A program made the translations under genes and the position numbers. 64,000 bases of DNA from Octopus sinensis (lineage: Eukaryota), in contig NC_043012.1 in the NCBI RefSeq assembly GCF_006345805.1, positions 40,114,001 through 40,178,000 of the forward strand, written 5' to 3'. Below, one piece after another: positions 48,572-61,428 of the stretch. The notes under the pieces were generated by a model. It was not told the origin of the DNA and made no database searches. It was given only the letters and a program-made list of their open reading frames with translations. The stretch's first letter is position 1, and the number at the start of each line of letters is the position of its first letter.

Positions 48572-48815
48572 TGTTTTGACATCATGCAGCAGCTGTAAAC
48601 GAGTGCCACCGTCATATAAGCAGTGCCCTTCATTCATTTCGAATCCTCTGTGAAAAATATGTCTGGCAATGGAGAAATAAAACTTTGCTTAGAAACAGTT
48701 GAGGGTTGGCAAGAGGAAGAGCACCCAGCTGTAGAAACTCTGCCTTGATGGATTCCATCTGATGCAAGCAAATATGGAGATGTGAACTTAAAAGGATGAT
48801 GGTGATGATGATGAC
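48572..48815 (+). mobile_element. V-box-containing SINE-like variant
   Basis: GAGGGTTGGCAAGAGGAAGAGCACCCAGCTGTAGAAA box and (GAT)n tail, but upstream sequence different from family C. Confidence 0.55.
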
Positions 48816-49319
48816 ATGCCTACGTGTGTATACTTTTTAAATCATGCACACATTACAACACAATGAATATAAACTTCCAACAAAGGCAAACGTAACAGGT
48901 CTGAAACAGTTATTTGCAATACAAAAGAAGAATTCTGCTCAGTCTCTACGAGTGTATATAAATTGAAGCTATTGAAGATGACAGCTGCTCATCAGAAACA
49001 AACATTTCTTTGAAAATCCTCATCTCTACCCGGATTATCAGTTTTTATTTCCACCCTAAATCATTGGTGTACCCAAGTATGTTAGCCTTGAAAAGATTGG
49101 ATTTTTAAGCCAAAAAATATGGCCAACAAACAGACAAAAAATCTTGCAGATATTTCAAAGGATCAGCAAATGATTAGCTGATTGGCAAAAAAGTGATTGG
49201 CTCATTGGCATTGTCTGAATAGCTGAGAGAGAGAGAGAACTGGGATTTGTTGGAAGCAACTAACATCTTGCTTACGGGAAGAATTCAAATAACAATAAAA
49301 CATGCAGAGAGATATGTAA

Positions 49320-49539
49320 CTATAGTTAGATGGACAGACAGACAGACAGTCAGTTAGATTGATAGACAGACAGTTTGATAGATAGATAGATACATACATA
49401 CATACATACATACATACATACATACATACATACATACATACATAGACAGTCAGATAGATAGATAGTCAGACAGACACAGACAGATAGATAGACAGACAGA
49501 CAGATAAATAGATAGACAGGCAGACAGACAGACAGATAA

Positions 49540-49570
<31 letters not shown>

Positions 49571-49580
49571 TATAGATAGA
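49320..49580. repeat. (GACA)n/(TACA)n/(GATA)n
   Basis: Directly visible. Confidence 0.9.
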
Positions 49581-49695
49581 TATGCCAGCATGAAAAACAG
49601 ACATTAAATGATGATGATATACAAATATTTTGTACGTACATATATAAAGATATATAGATATATATATATAATACATGCATATGTATAACACACAC

Positions 49696-49727
<32 letters not shown>

Positions 49728-49929
49728 TTATGTATGTACACTTGTATATATGCCTGTGTTTGTGTATGTGTATCATCATCAGCAGTATTTAACATCATCC
49801 ATTACACATTATTCAGATGTACAAATAGACAAGCATATATTTTGTGAAGGTCAACATGTTTGTGTTTACTTGTGTGTATGTGTGCCTATTTACAAGCGCA
49901 TGTATGTAGATATTATATATACTTATGTA

Positions 49930-50421
49930 CAAGGTGGGCAAAAGTGTATGTACGCCGCTATATGCATATATAAATCCAAAAAATGCTACAGATGACAATA
50001 GAAAATCCAGACAGACAGGAATAAAGATGGGTCATTCACAGTCTTCTCTCATCAGTCAAGTTTCCAAATACTCCTTACAGTTTCAGCTGGTTACACTTGA
50101 GACTGTTCAAGTCTGGCTGGCCCCAAAAATCTAAACTAAGAGCATTAAATTTGGGGGAAGAAAGCAAGCGAATGTGTATGACAACAAAGACAAAAAAAAA
50201 TGGAGAAAATGTTATACAATTACAAACCAGCCGAAACTGTAAGGATGATTTGGAAACTTGACTGATGAGAAAAGACTGTGAATGAGCCATCCTTGTTTTT
50301 TCTTGTCTATCTTTATATCATCTATCTGTCCGGATATTTTATTGTCATCTGGTGCTTTTTTGTTCCATTTTTGGGATTTATATCTACATATAGCAGCATA
50401 TGTACACTTTTGCTCACCTTG
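49930..50421. mobile_element. Tc1/mariner-type MITE with long (~165-200 bp) TIRs
   Basis: TA|CAAGGTGGGCAAAAGTGTA ... TACACTTTTGCTCACCTTG|TA; arms 49930-50092 and 50225-50421. Confidence 0.85.
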
Positions 50422-51059
50422 TAAGTTTGTATCAAAATTCTGTACGACTCTTTTACTCTTTCTTTTAATTCTCCTCATACTTTCTTTTTTCTTTCCTCTT
50501 TTCTTTTTCCCGCTCCCCGTCAATAAAATAAGTACCAGTTGAACATTGGGGTTGCAATAGCTGGCAGGCTGGGTAAAAATTAGTTATTAGTAACAGAAAG
50601 CAGTTTCAATAACAAACAGTAAACGTTAGACCCTACTAATACAGTGCCTCTTCCAAATATTTTTGACCCAGTAACTGGTTAGTCATTGTGTATTTCTATA
50701 TATCAGTATGCATGAAATTTAACTAGCATACACTGATTGTGGATGCCTACTACTGATGAGGCCCTAGCATGCTGAAATCATGTAATCTATCAGTTCCACC
50801 AACAGTGCTGGACATTTTTTTGTTTGCTTGTACTATTTCTGTGCTTTTTAGTACTATACATTTATATGAGATGCTTTCTCAGAATTCTTGAAGTATATCC
50901 ACATTAAGTAGGATAGGAAGATTGCTACTCGTTAGTAATACTTCTGCCTTTGTCACCAATAACTTAATAACGTGTGTGTATATATGTGTGTGTGTGTGTG
51001 GTGTGTGTGTGTATTCCAACCTCTTACCTAGCACACAGTCACTTTCCTTGGTTCCACTC

Positions 51060-51375
51060 CCTCTCTCAGCTAAGAAGTCCTTGTCTGGCAAGCCACTTGG
51101 TGACTCCAAGGTTGCTTGCACCATGTAAAAAACTCCTGTGCTGGCCTGCATAAAAAACACCTGTGCTGGTGCCACGTAGAAAGTGCCCTTGCTGGCACCA
51201 CATAAAGAGCACCCAGTACTTTTTGTAAAGTGGTTGGCATTAGGAAGGGCATACAGCCAGGGAAACCTTGTGAAAAGAGACAACTGGAGCCTGGTGCAGC
51301 CTTCCAGCTAATCAGCTCCTGTCAACCATCCAATCAATGCCAGCATGGAAAACAGACATTAGATAATGATGATGA
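51060..51375 (+). mobile_element. Family C-type 3' module with ~20-bp subunits
   Basis: Repeated GTGCTGG..CCAC.TAAAAA units, V-like box and tail. Confidence 0.75.
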
Positions 51376-51395
51376 TATATATCTCTGTATGTATG

Positions 51396-51433
<38 letters not shown>

Positions 51434-51904
51434 TATATAGTGTGTGTAATTTCCTATCTCATTGGTATGTTATCCTCTTTTTGTCTGTAATGTCCACCAT
51501 CTCAATAATATCACAGAAGAAACCAGAGGAGTTGTACCATGAAATTAAAGTTTACAAATATTAAATGCACTGAATCTATGCTGATTCTTGTCCTCAGATC
51601 TAATGAGGAACGTTTCATGTTCAATTGTCATTTTCCATAAATCGTTTCCATATTTCATTTTGATTTTCACAATGTGTGCATGCGTATGCGCATGTGAACA
51701 TCCTTTCATACCATATTATTAACAAACACCATCAGCAAGTTGTTGCTGAAACCAAGGCTGCAGAGTCAAAGACATTTGTCCAGTGTGCCATGCTGCAGCA
51801 TCAAACACAGAACTACAAGTAACCATTCAGCATACTTGCTCTCCCATTTTCCTTTCAATAAGAAGTATTCGTTTAATCTTGGATCCAGTTCTTTAATAAT
51901 ATTC

Positions 51905-52285
51905 TTTTATTCTTTTACTTGTTCCAATCATTTACCTGTAGCCATGCTGGAGCACCGACTTCAGTTGACCAAATCAAACCCAGGATTTATTCTTTGTAAG
52001 CCTAGTACTTATTCTATCAGTCTCTTTTGCCGAACCACTAAGTTACAAGAACATAAACACACCAGCATCAGTTGTCACATGATGTTGGGGAGACAAACAC
52101 AGACACACAATCATATACACGCATGCATATATACGACAGGCTTCTTTCACTTTCCGTCTTCCAAATCCACTCACAAGGCTTTGGTCAGCCCAAGGCTATA
52201 GTAGAAGACACTTGCCAAAGGTACCATGCAGTGGGACTGAACCCAGAACCATGTGGTTGGGAAGCAAGCCACTTATCACACAGAC
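51905..52285 (-). mobile_element. Family A SINE
   Basis: Full-length reverse copy. Confidence 0.85.
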
Positions 52286-52400
52286 TCTCCAGTGCGTACA
52301 TATCCATATATATATACATATATATATGTGTGTGTGTGTGTGTGTGTATGTGTATATAGATATGTATTTGTATGTATGTGTATATGTGTATATGTATGTG

Positions 52401-52431
<31 letters not shown>

Positions 52432-52479
52432 GTGTGTATGTATGTATGTATGTGTGTAAATATATATATATATATACCT

Positions 52480-52642
52480 AACGAGCTTCTTTCAGTTTCC
52501 ATCTACCAAATCCACTCACAAGGCTTCGGTCAGCCCGAGGCTATAGTAGAAGACACTTGCCCAAGGTGCCACGGAGTGGGACTGAACCCAGAACCGTGTG
52601 GTTGGTAAGCAAGCCACTTACCACACAGCCACTCCTGTGCCT
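52480..52642 (-). mobile_element. Family A SINE head and core half
   Basis: Ends in the microsatellite at 52300-52480; tail absent. Confidence 0.85.
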
Positions 52643-54255
52643 AGTCAACATTTTATAACTGAAATATAAACTTGTGTAGCTTCAGCATGACCTCTTGCTC
52701 TCATTTCTCACGAGTTTATTGAATTGGTTGACATAAAGATTCATCCTATCCTCTTATAAAGCCTGTTTATTATATCTGTAACTGAATAATGCTTAAGTGT
52801 ACAACAGAGTGCATGGTGTGTGTGTTTTATATGGACATGTGTACCAAGGGATCCATCATTATGTCTATGATTACATATCGTAAATTGCATAAAAGCGAAA
52901 AAGTTGCTGACGCAATTGCAATATTTTTATTGAGCAGAAGTTTTTAAAATATTTTATTATGAAAATATAACCAGGGTGGTGAGGGTTACACCCATAAAAC
53001 TAATATTTTTGTTTGTTTTAATCTTAACCTGGCATCTTGGAATACTGACACACATAATTTGAATTTTAATAAGTAATTAAAAGAGGGTGGGGTGCTTTTG
53101 ATCCTTACTAGAGCTTTAATATTACAAATTCTCCAAGTTTTCATAGAAAAATTGATACTGAGTGAAATAAAATCAATAGAAAATACGGAAGACTGATGTT
53201 CACGTGTCAGGTAAGATGTGAGCTGAGTGCATTTTAACAACAAGGATTTTCACTGGAATTTCTTATGTGAATTTATATATTTAGGGTGTGAAGGAAGGCC
53301 TGTTATTGTCATCAGTCAATGCCTTTGTTGTCACATGTTCTGTCATTGGCGCTTTCCATTATTGTTGCCACTTCGGCCATTGTTAGCAAGCATTGAGATG
53401 GTCAGTTGATCAGGAACTGCAGTGAATATAACTCGCGCAGTAAAACGTTAAACTATCTGCAACAAAAAAGTCAATAATAGCATTTCTAACAATTTAGTTA
53501 CGTATTTGTATAGATTTTGTGTCAATTTTATGTAAATTTTTATGTAAATTTCATGTAAATATTGGCAAGAAATCTGACATATTAAAGCAGTTTAGTGAGA
53601 AAATTGCTTTGAGAAGTCAGCTGATAGAGACACTGCCTCAGCAATAATGAACAGGAAATAGTTTCAATGCTATTAAAACTGACAGAACATATTTACTGGA
53701 CATAAATTCGAGTATTCATTGCATTACATTCTTTTTTTTGTTTCTATTGAAATATTTGTAAATGACCACAACACACCCTGCAGAGCACTCTTCATTTACA
53801 CAGTGGTCCTACCAACTGCAACAACTGATTGCAACTATCTCTGTGGTTCGTATTTTAGCTTGGAATAATCACTGGTTTTTAGCTAAAACTTTGGTTCCAT
53901 TTGTGGTACTTCTGGTAACAAAGTCTGCCAGGAGGAAGCAAGACCAAGTAAAATACGATGCTTATGTTATTCTTGTATGTCCTAAAGTTGCCAATTTAAG
54001 TTTATTTTCTTATTCTGTCTATTAAGGACACGGCTCGTTGCTTGGGTCAAAATAGCTCTTAATGATTGATTTTGTTAAGACCTTTTTCTATCCTATTTTC
54101 TGGCATACAAATCGATGTGTCATGTAGTGTAAACATGTAGTGTAAACATGTAGTGTGAACATTCAAACATTGTCCCCATCTTTTCAAATCCTGCTGCATT
54201 TCACATATAATTTTTGGTCCTCCAAAGTCCTCTCATAACCTGAAATACAGTATGT

Positions 54256-54595
54256 GAAGGCACATGGCTCAGTGGTTAGAGCGTCAGGCTCACAATCATG
54301 AGATAGTGAGTTCAATTCCCAGCCCAAGCTTTGTGTTATGTTCTCAAGCAAGACACTTTTATTTCACATTGTTCCAGTTCACTCAACTGTAAAAATGAGT
54401 TGTGACATCACTGGTACCAAGCTGTATCAGCCTTTCCCTTGGATAACATCAGTGGCGTGGAGAGGGGAGACTGGTTGCCATGGGCGACTGCTGGTCTTCC
54501 ACAAATAACTTTGCCCAGACTTGTGCCTCGGTAGTAAACTTTCTAGGTGCAATCCCATGGTCATTCATGACCGGAGGGGGTCTTTACCCATTATT
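54256..54595 (+). mobile_element. tRNA-derived SINE with family D-like head and core but a different 3' part
   Basis: TGGCTCAGTGGTTAGAGCG A-box, GAGTTCAATTCCC B-box, GCAAGACACTTTTATTTCACATTG core. Confidence 0.75.
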
Positions 54596-54597
54596 TA

Positions 54598-55125
54598 CAT
54601 CATCATCATCATCATCATCAGAGTTTAACGTCCGCTTTCCATGCTGGCATGGGTTGGACAGTCTAACTGAGAACTGGTGAGCCAGAGGCTGCACCAGGCT
54701 CAATCTGAACTGGCAAAGTTTCTACAGTTTGATGCCCTTCCTAATGCCAACTACTGCAAGTGTATAGTGGGTGCTTTTTATGTGCCACCAGCATAAAGGC
54801 CAATCAGATGGTTCTGGCAACAGCCACGCTCAAAAGGTGTTTTTTACATGCTACCTGCACAGGAGCCAGTCTGGCAACGACCATGCTCAAATGTTGTTTT
54901 TCATGTGTCACTGGCACATGTGCTGATAAGGCGACGCAGGCAGCAATCATGCTCAAATGGTGCTTTTCATGTGTCACCGGCACGGGAGCCAATCCGTGAC
55001 CCTGGGAACGGTCACGTTCGGATGTGCTTTTAACATTCCACTGGCATGAGTACCAATCAGGCGGAACTGTCATCGGCCACATCTGTGATTTTGATTTGTT
55101 TACACTTGCCTCAGTAGGTCTTCGC
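54598..55125 (-). mobile_element. Family C retroposon, longest copy
   Basis: (CAT)n tail, V-like box, about six internal units, and an upstream segment shared with 1575-1715. Confidence 0.85.
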
Positions 55126-55859
55126 CAGAATTTTTATCAGTGATTTAGTTTTAATACAGTTACATTCTTGAGAGTGTGTTTGTTTTCTTAGTGACTTTAT
55201 AAAAGTATTAGTCTCCAGGTTCATGCACTGAGAACAAGTTAGCCACAAGAAGGGCACAAAGCAGGATTTGACCACTGTAGGGAAATCACAACTTAAAGAA
55301 GCAACAGAAAATAAAAGAGGCTAAAATATCTCAGCAGAGAATTTTAATCTATCTTACAGAATCACCCAATTCAGTTTCCTATTGATTTGAATCGACCAAG
55401 CAAAACCTGACAGCATTATAATGAACCCTTAGTTACCCAGTCAAGAAGTTTTGTATTCATGTTTGTGTATTAAGGCCAAATCAACCTTGAGAAGAATACA
55501 CCTTACTAGGCTGTAAATTGCAGTTAGATGAGGGTGTCGAAGAAGGGGGCAATAAATGGAGTTAAATTGTTCAACTAGAAATCGAAGCTTTGCTGTACAA
55601 TCAGCCAACACCACGGCTTTTTATCGATTCGATTCGATTCCATTGAAATTTGAACCCAACCAACCCTAAACCCGAACAACAACTTGTTTCTTTTTATGTT
55701 CATTTCCTCATCTACACAAATAAACAAATAATAATAAAAAATTATTTAAAAAATAAATAAATAAATAACAAACTTAAACAACAAAAATATTTTTGACTGG
55801 AAAGTTAAAAACAAAATAACATCCTAACAAAATAAGTAAAAATAAAATGAACAATAACA

Positions 55860-55939
55860 TTTAAACAATATTATTATTATCATTATTATTATTATTATCA
55901 TTATTATTATTATTATTATTATCATCATCATCATCCTCA

Positions 55940-55977
<38 letters not shown>

Positions 55978-56893
55978 ATTATTATTATTACCATTATTAT
56001 TATTTTTATTATTATTACTATCATAATTATTATTATTATTATTACCATTATTATTACCATTATTATTATTTTTATGATTATTATTATTACTACTATAATA
56101 TTATTATTATTATTAGTATCATTATTTTTATTATGATTATTATTACTACTACTACTACTACTACTACTATAATAATATTATGATGATCGTTATTATTATT
56201 AACAACAATAATAATGATAATAATGATGATTTCTTCTCTAAGTCATTTTCTCCTCCAATGATGATGATGGTAATATGTCGTTGTTGTTGTTGTTGTTTAG
56301 AACATTTTTCTTTTTTTCATTTTTTTTTTATTGGATTGAAAAGGGAATCAGAGCAGAGAATAAATTTCATGCTTATTCTACCAGCAATAATAACATTTTA
56401 TTGGTGTTTGCCGTGATTGTTGTTGTTGTTGTTGTTATTGGAGAGAGTAATTGGTGACGTTGTTGATGACGACGATGATGATGATGGTTGTGGTGGTGGT
56501 GGTGTTGAGTGTGCTAATATTACTGCTGTTGAGGTGGTGTGGTTTCTGTCATGGCTGTGGTAGTAGTAGTGGTGACGAAGTAGTGATGACCATGGTGGCG
56601 GTAATGACAGCAGGGGTAGTGGTGGTGGTGGTACAGTAGTAGTAGTGGTGATGAAGAGGATGTTAGTGGTGGTGATTGGTGGTGGGTATGGCTTTTGCTG
56701 ATGGTGGTAATAGTGTTGGTGGTAACTGTATGGGTGGTAGTAGTGCTGTTGGAGCTGATGGTGATGAGAGTGCCAGTGGTAGTACTGACAGTGGCAATGG
56801 TGGTGGTGGTGGTAATGGTAGCATTGGTGGCAGCGGCAGCTGTGATGAAAGTGGTGGTGATGGTGGTTGTAGCACCAGAGGTGATGGTAGTCA

Positions 56894-56938
<45 letters not shown>

Positions 56939-57540
56939 CAGTGGTGGTGGTAGTGCTGGTGGTGGTGGCAATAGGAATGGTGGTATTGGTAGTGGCTGTT
57001 GTGATGGTGGTGGCAATAGTGGTTGTATCGCCAGAGGTAATGGTGGTAGTACTAGTAGTTGTGGTGGTGGTGTGGGTGGTTGTACTGCAAGAGGTGCTGG
57101 TAGTAGTAGTGGTGGTGGTGGTGGTGGTGGTAGTGGTGACGTGTTTAGTTGATCAATAGGTAATAACTGCTTGCTTTGGAACCTAACAAATTTCCTCTTT
57201 CAATTTTGGTCAGTGGAGATGTTGGAAGCGGATAATAATGGCTTTTCCTCACCACTAATTCTTCAGTTTATAACCAACAACAAACCTTATGTCACACAAT
57301 ACACTGGTTACTATAGTAACAGTTTACTGTGGTGGTGGTGGTGGTAGTTGCAGTGGTGTAGGTAATGGTTGTGGTGGTGGTTGCAGTTGTGGTAATGTTG
57401 GTGGTGGTGGTGTTAATGCTGCTGCTGATTGCCGTGGTGATGATGCTGATGGTGGAATAGCTTGAGGCAGTGCACCCCACCACTACCATCCGGTTGGGGT
57501 GGGGAGCAGGGGAGATGTAGTGGTGATGGTGGTCGTCGTG
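55860..57540. repeat. (ATT)n, (GAT)n, (GTT)n and (GGT/GTA)n trinucleotide complex
   Basis: Directly visible; source of the Gly/Ser-, Val- and Thr-rich ORFs. Confidence 0.9.
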
Positions 57541-57649
57541 GATTACCATAATCGGTGGTGCACTGACCAATATTGTATGTTGTTGTCCAGCCTGCTAAAC
57601 ATAGCAACCAAAGTCCCTTTAAAATCACATCCCTACCCATAGGATATTG

Positions 57650-57685
57650 TACATACATACGTACATACATACATACATACATACA

Positions 57686-57716
<31 letters not shown>

Positions 57717-58215
57717 CATACATACATACATACATACATTACATACATACATACATACATGCATGCATGCATGCATGCATGCATGCATGCATACATACAT
57801 ACATACATACATACATACATACATACATACATACATACATACATACATACATACATACATACATACATACATACATACATACATACATACATACATACAT
57901 ACATACATACATACATACATACATGCATACATACATACATACACACACACACACATACATACACACATACATACATACACATACATACATACACAGACAC
58001 ACATACATACACACACACATACATACACACATATATATACAAATACATACATATATGCATGCATACATATATATATACAAATACATACAAATACACACAC
58101 ATACATACCTGCATACACACATATATATACACATACATACACACATATATACATACATAAATGCATGCATATACATGCATTCACACATACATACATATAT
58201 ACACACATACATACC
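57650..58215. repeat. (TACA)n with a central (TGCA)n
   Basis: Directly visible. Confidence 0.95.
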
Positions 58216-58447
58216 TGTGTATATATGTATCTTGCGTAACAGTTGTTATCTTAATGAGATACATCTTATTATCACTTGAAGAGACACATCTACACCGATG
58301 GATACTCCTAAACCAGTTGTTAAGTATCCCATCCGTGAGTGATCGATGCTAGATGGATCAAAACAGTTGTAGTGATTAATAAACATTGTCAAGTCTTCCA
58401 TCATTCCCATTAATTAAATGCATGCCCCCCCACACACACACACATAC

Positions 58448-58610
58448 TGTGTTTGTAAAACATTTGGATGACCTCCACAACAATGGGAAGATGATTTAGT
58501 TAAATGATTTGGGCCTAGAAAGAAAAGAATGGTGCAATCAAAAAAGAGCTGGAAGTGCAATGTAATCAGTGGTGTGTAATAACATCCAATAATTTGGTCG
58601 TGACAGTAAT
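58448..58610 (+). mobile_element. RTE2 LINE 3' end
   Basis: G*PPQQWEDDLVK*FGPRKKRMVQSKKSWK, followed by the 3' tail and (TA)n. Confidence 0.75.
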
Positions 58611-58855
58611 ATATATATATATATATATACACACAGTGTATTTGGGAAAAGACAGAATGGTCATGGTTGGAACGTCTTTGATCATAGGACTGCTCAATAA
58701 CAACCTGCTTTGTAGTATTTAGTCACATCTCCTTCATTACATTCTAAGAACAAATTTCACCAAGGTAGACTTTGCCTTTTATTATTCTATTGGCCATATT
58801 GAGTACCATCAATTACTGCCTCCAAATCATGAGATAGATTGGAAATCAAGATATA

Positions 58856-59056
58856 CGAGGGGAGGCTGAAAAGTCCCTGGCTTTAAGGGTATCATGAAAG
58901 GCCTGGTTGGAGGCTCAACCATTCAAGTTCTTTTACAGGGCTTAGAAAAACTGAAGGACCACTAAAATAAGTGTGTGAATCTGAAAGGGGAATATGTTGG
59001 ATAAAATCATAATTAACTGATCCTCCTCTATTTTCTTTTACCCAAAGCCCCCTTCA
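58856..59056 (+). mobile_element. mariner-derived MITE
   Basis: TA|CGAGGGGAGGCTGAAAAGTCCCTGGCTTT start; internal LQGLEKLKDH*NKCVNLKGEYVG*; partly deleted right TIR ..AAAGCCCCCTTCA|TA. Confidence 0.8.
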
Positions 59057-59074
59057 TATTATTAACCAAATTAA

Positions 59075-59295
59075 CCCTTTCATTACTGTATTTATTTTGA
59101 GATGCTCTGTGTTTCTCTCTATTATTTTAAATATAGCATAGAATTTAGTAAAATAACTTAGTTATCATTAAGCTAGGGTCAGGAACATAAATTGTGACTA
59201 AGGTTTGGTGGAAGATTTTAATTCAGAACTTATGAAAACAAGACATTTGTACAACAGAGCCAGAGGTAATTTCATCCAGGTTGGTAACGAAAGGT
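59075..59295. mobile_element. piggyBac-type MITE (221 bp)
   Basis: TTAA|CCCTTTCATTAC ... GTAACGAAAGGT|TTAA. Confidence 0.8.
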
Positions 59296-60322
59296 TTAAG
59301 GTAATGAATTGATAGAATTGGTAAAGTACCCTGTAAAAGTTGCCTGTCTTGATATATTTAATTAAGTCCCTTTGCATCCTTTATTCAACCCTTTGCCATT
59401 CTCCACTTGGATTTTCATCCTTCAGGGGTTATTTAAACATTAAATACCAATATTTAAGTAGTCTAGCTTAACACTTTGAAACAATCACTAATATTATTTG
59501 TTCAATAAAATTGATTCTTGAGAAAAAAAACAAAGAAATTTCTTAGCCATTGCTGCAGTTGTAGTAGTAGTAGTTGTTTCTCTCCAGCTGAGGCCATCTT
59601 TTTAAAAGACGTTGGTATCTAATTTATTCCAACCTCTGTTTTAAAGAATACTGGGCAAGCATCTTCTACCTTGGGTCAGCGAAAACCTTGTGAGCACAAC
59701 TTATAAAATGGGGGAATGAGTGGAAGCCAGTGGGAGCACCACAAAGTGGTTGTTTCTGTTGCTGAGTAGTGGTCCTCATCCAGTGCCCAGTTTAACACCA
59801 GAACATAATCATTGGGTGTCTCTAACAAGATCCCCTTCATTACAAGTCGCTGGGTCAGGTCACTGATTTAAAGATATGTCCTTCCCTTCCAGCTACCAAT
59901 CTCAAAGATTGGTAGCTGGTACTTTTAAAAGAACCATCAACACTACCATTCCTCTTCCTCTAAATGAAACAAAACAAATATTTCTCTTTGGAAGTTTTCA
60001 AAAAAAAAATCCCCCAAAGAAATGGTGTTTATTCAAAGTTTAGCGCCATGTAACTATAACTACTGATAAACCAAAGTTGAGCAATGTGTAAATGTACCAG
60101 CTGATAAACTGAAGATAAACTGTTTTGCTTTGGGGTTTTTTTTTATTTTTTGGGTTTTTTTTATAGTTTTTTTTTTACCCCAACAAACCCTCCATTTAAC
60201 TTCTACACTGACACTGTTGTCAATCGATTCACACGAATCTAGAAGTCACATTCCAGAAATGTCTATTTCTCTTTCTTAAACCCTCACCTTCTATCTATCT
60301 CTCCCCATCACACCCTGTCTAG

Positions 60323-60388
60323 AAGTAGTAGTAGTGGTGGCGCTGCTGCTGGCTGTGGTGGTCCTATGTTCCAGTACTGCATCAGTTG
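60323..60388 (+). CDS. Weak candidate 66-bp exon
   Basis: About 60-nt polypyrimidine tract plus TAG|, donor G|GTACGT; two frames are open (VVVVVALLLAVVVLCSSTASV or SSSSGGAAAGCGGPMFQYCIS). Confidence 0.2.
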
Positions 60389-60861
60389 GTACGTAATGTA
60401 AACCTTTCGCTGAGTGTGGTGTCGTAGCGAAGGAGGTTGTATTTGGTATTCGAGACAGATAACATTGTTGGTCTTATCTTCTGTGTGCAGTTTGTATGGT
60501 AATTGCTAATGACATGATTGAAGAGGGAGAGAGAGAGAGAGAGATCACACACACACGAATCACTGTTGTTTCTTGTTGCTTTTGGTCTTCTTGCTGCTGT
60601 TGTTGTTGTCTTTTTGCATTGCTCATTTGTGTTATGTCCCTTATCTGAGGAGAAAGGGTGCAGCACCAATACCTCTTTCCAGGGCCTCTGAGACTGACGA
60701 AAGAAAGAGAGAAAGCCATTCTCAGACCTGAGCCCTCGTTCAAATTCTTACAACAGAAGGGGCTGTGTAAAGGCCCTCAAGGGCCATATATTGGCAGCTG
60801 GGGGGGGGGATAAGTGATTACCCAAGCAGTCGACTAAGTCTACCACACAAAAGAAGTAGTT

Positions 60862-61428
60862 TATCTTTTACTTGTTTCTGTCATTAGACTGTGGCCATGC
60901 TGGAATTTTAGTCGAATGTACTTTTGATTAAGTCTGGTACTTGTTCTTTTGATCTCTATTGCCAAATTGCTAAACTACAGGGATATAAACACACTAACAC
61001 TGGTTATCAAGAGGTGGCAGGATACAAATACAGGTACAAAGACACACACACGACAGGCTTCTTTCAGTTTCCACCAACCAAATTCACTCACAAGGTTTTG
61101 GTCAGCCATGAGGCTATAGTAGAAGACACTTGCCCAAGTGTCCATGCAGTGGGACTGAACCCAGAACCATGAGGTTAGGGAGCATGCTTCTTACCACAAT
61201 GGCAAGTGTCTTCTATAACCTCGTGGCTGACCAAAGCCTTGTGAGTGAACTTGGTAGGTGGAAACTGAAAGAAGCTTATCGTGTGTGTGAATCTGTGAGT
61301 GTGTACTTTTGCATCTGTGTTTGTATCCTGCCACCTCTTGACAACTAGGATTTGATGCATCCCAGTGGGACTGGAACTTTGGTTACAGTAGAAGACACTT
61401 GCCCAAGGTGCCATGCAGTGGGACTGGA
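60862..61428. mobile_element. Rearranged family A SINE cluster
   Basis: Minus copy 60862-61200, plus-strand core fragment 61201-61345, minus head fragment 61385-61428. Confidence 0.75.

Noticed and set aside
53270-53470. Strong minus-strand acceptor (TTTTTGTTGCAG) and short ATG frames
   Set aside because: All frames stop within about 25 codons and no donor was found; cannot be supported as coding.
54115-54160. 13-bp tandem triplication CATGTAGTGTAAA
   Set aside because: Ordinary local slippage duplication with no further structure.
56451-57159. 158-aa Gly/Ser-rich ORF and overlapping Val- and Thr-rich ORFs
   Set aside because: All frames are open because of (GGT/GTA/GAT)n repeats; there are no splice signals or domain features.
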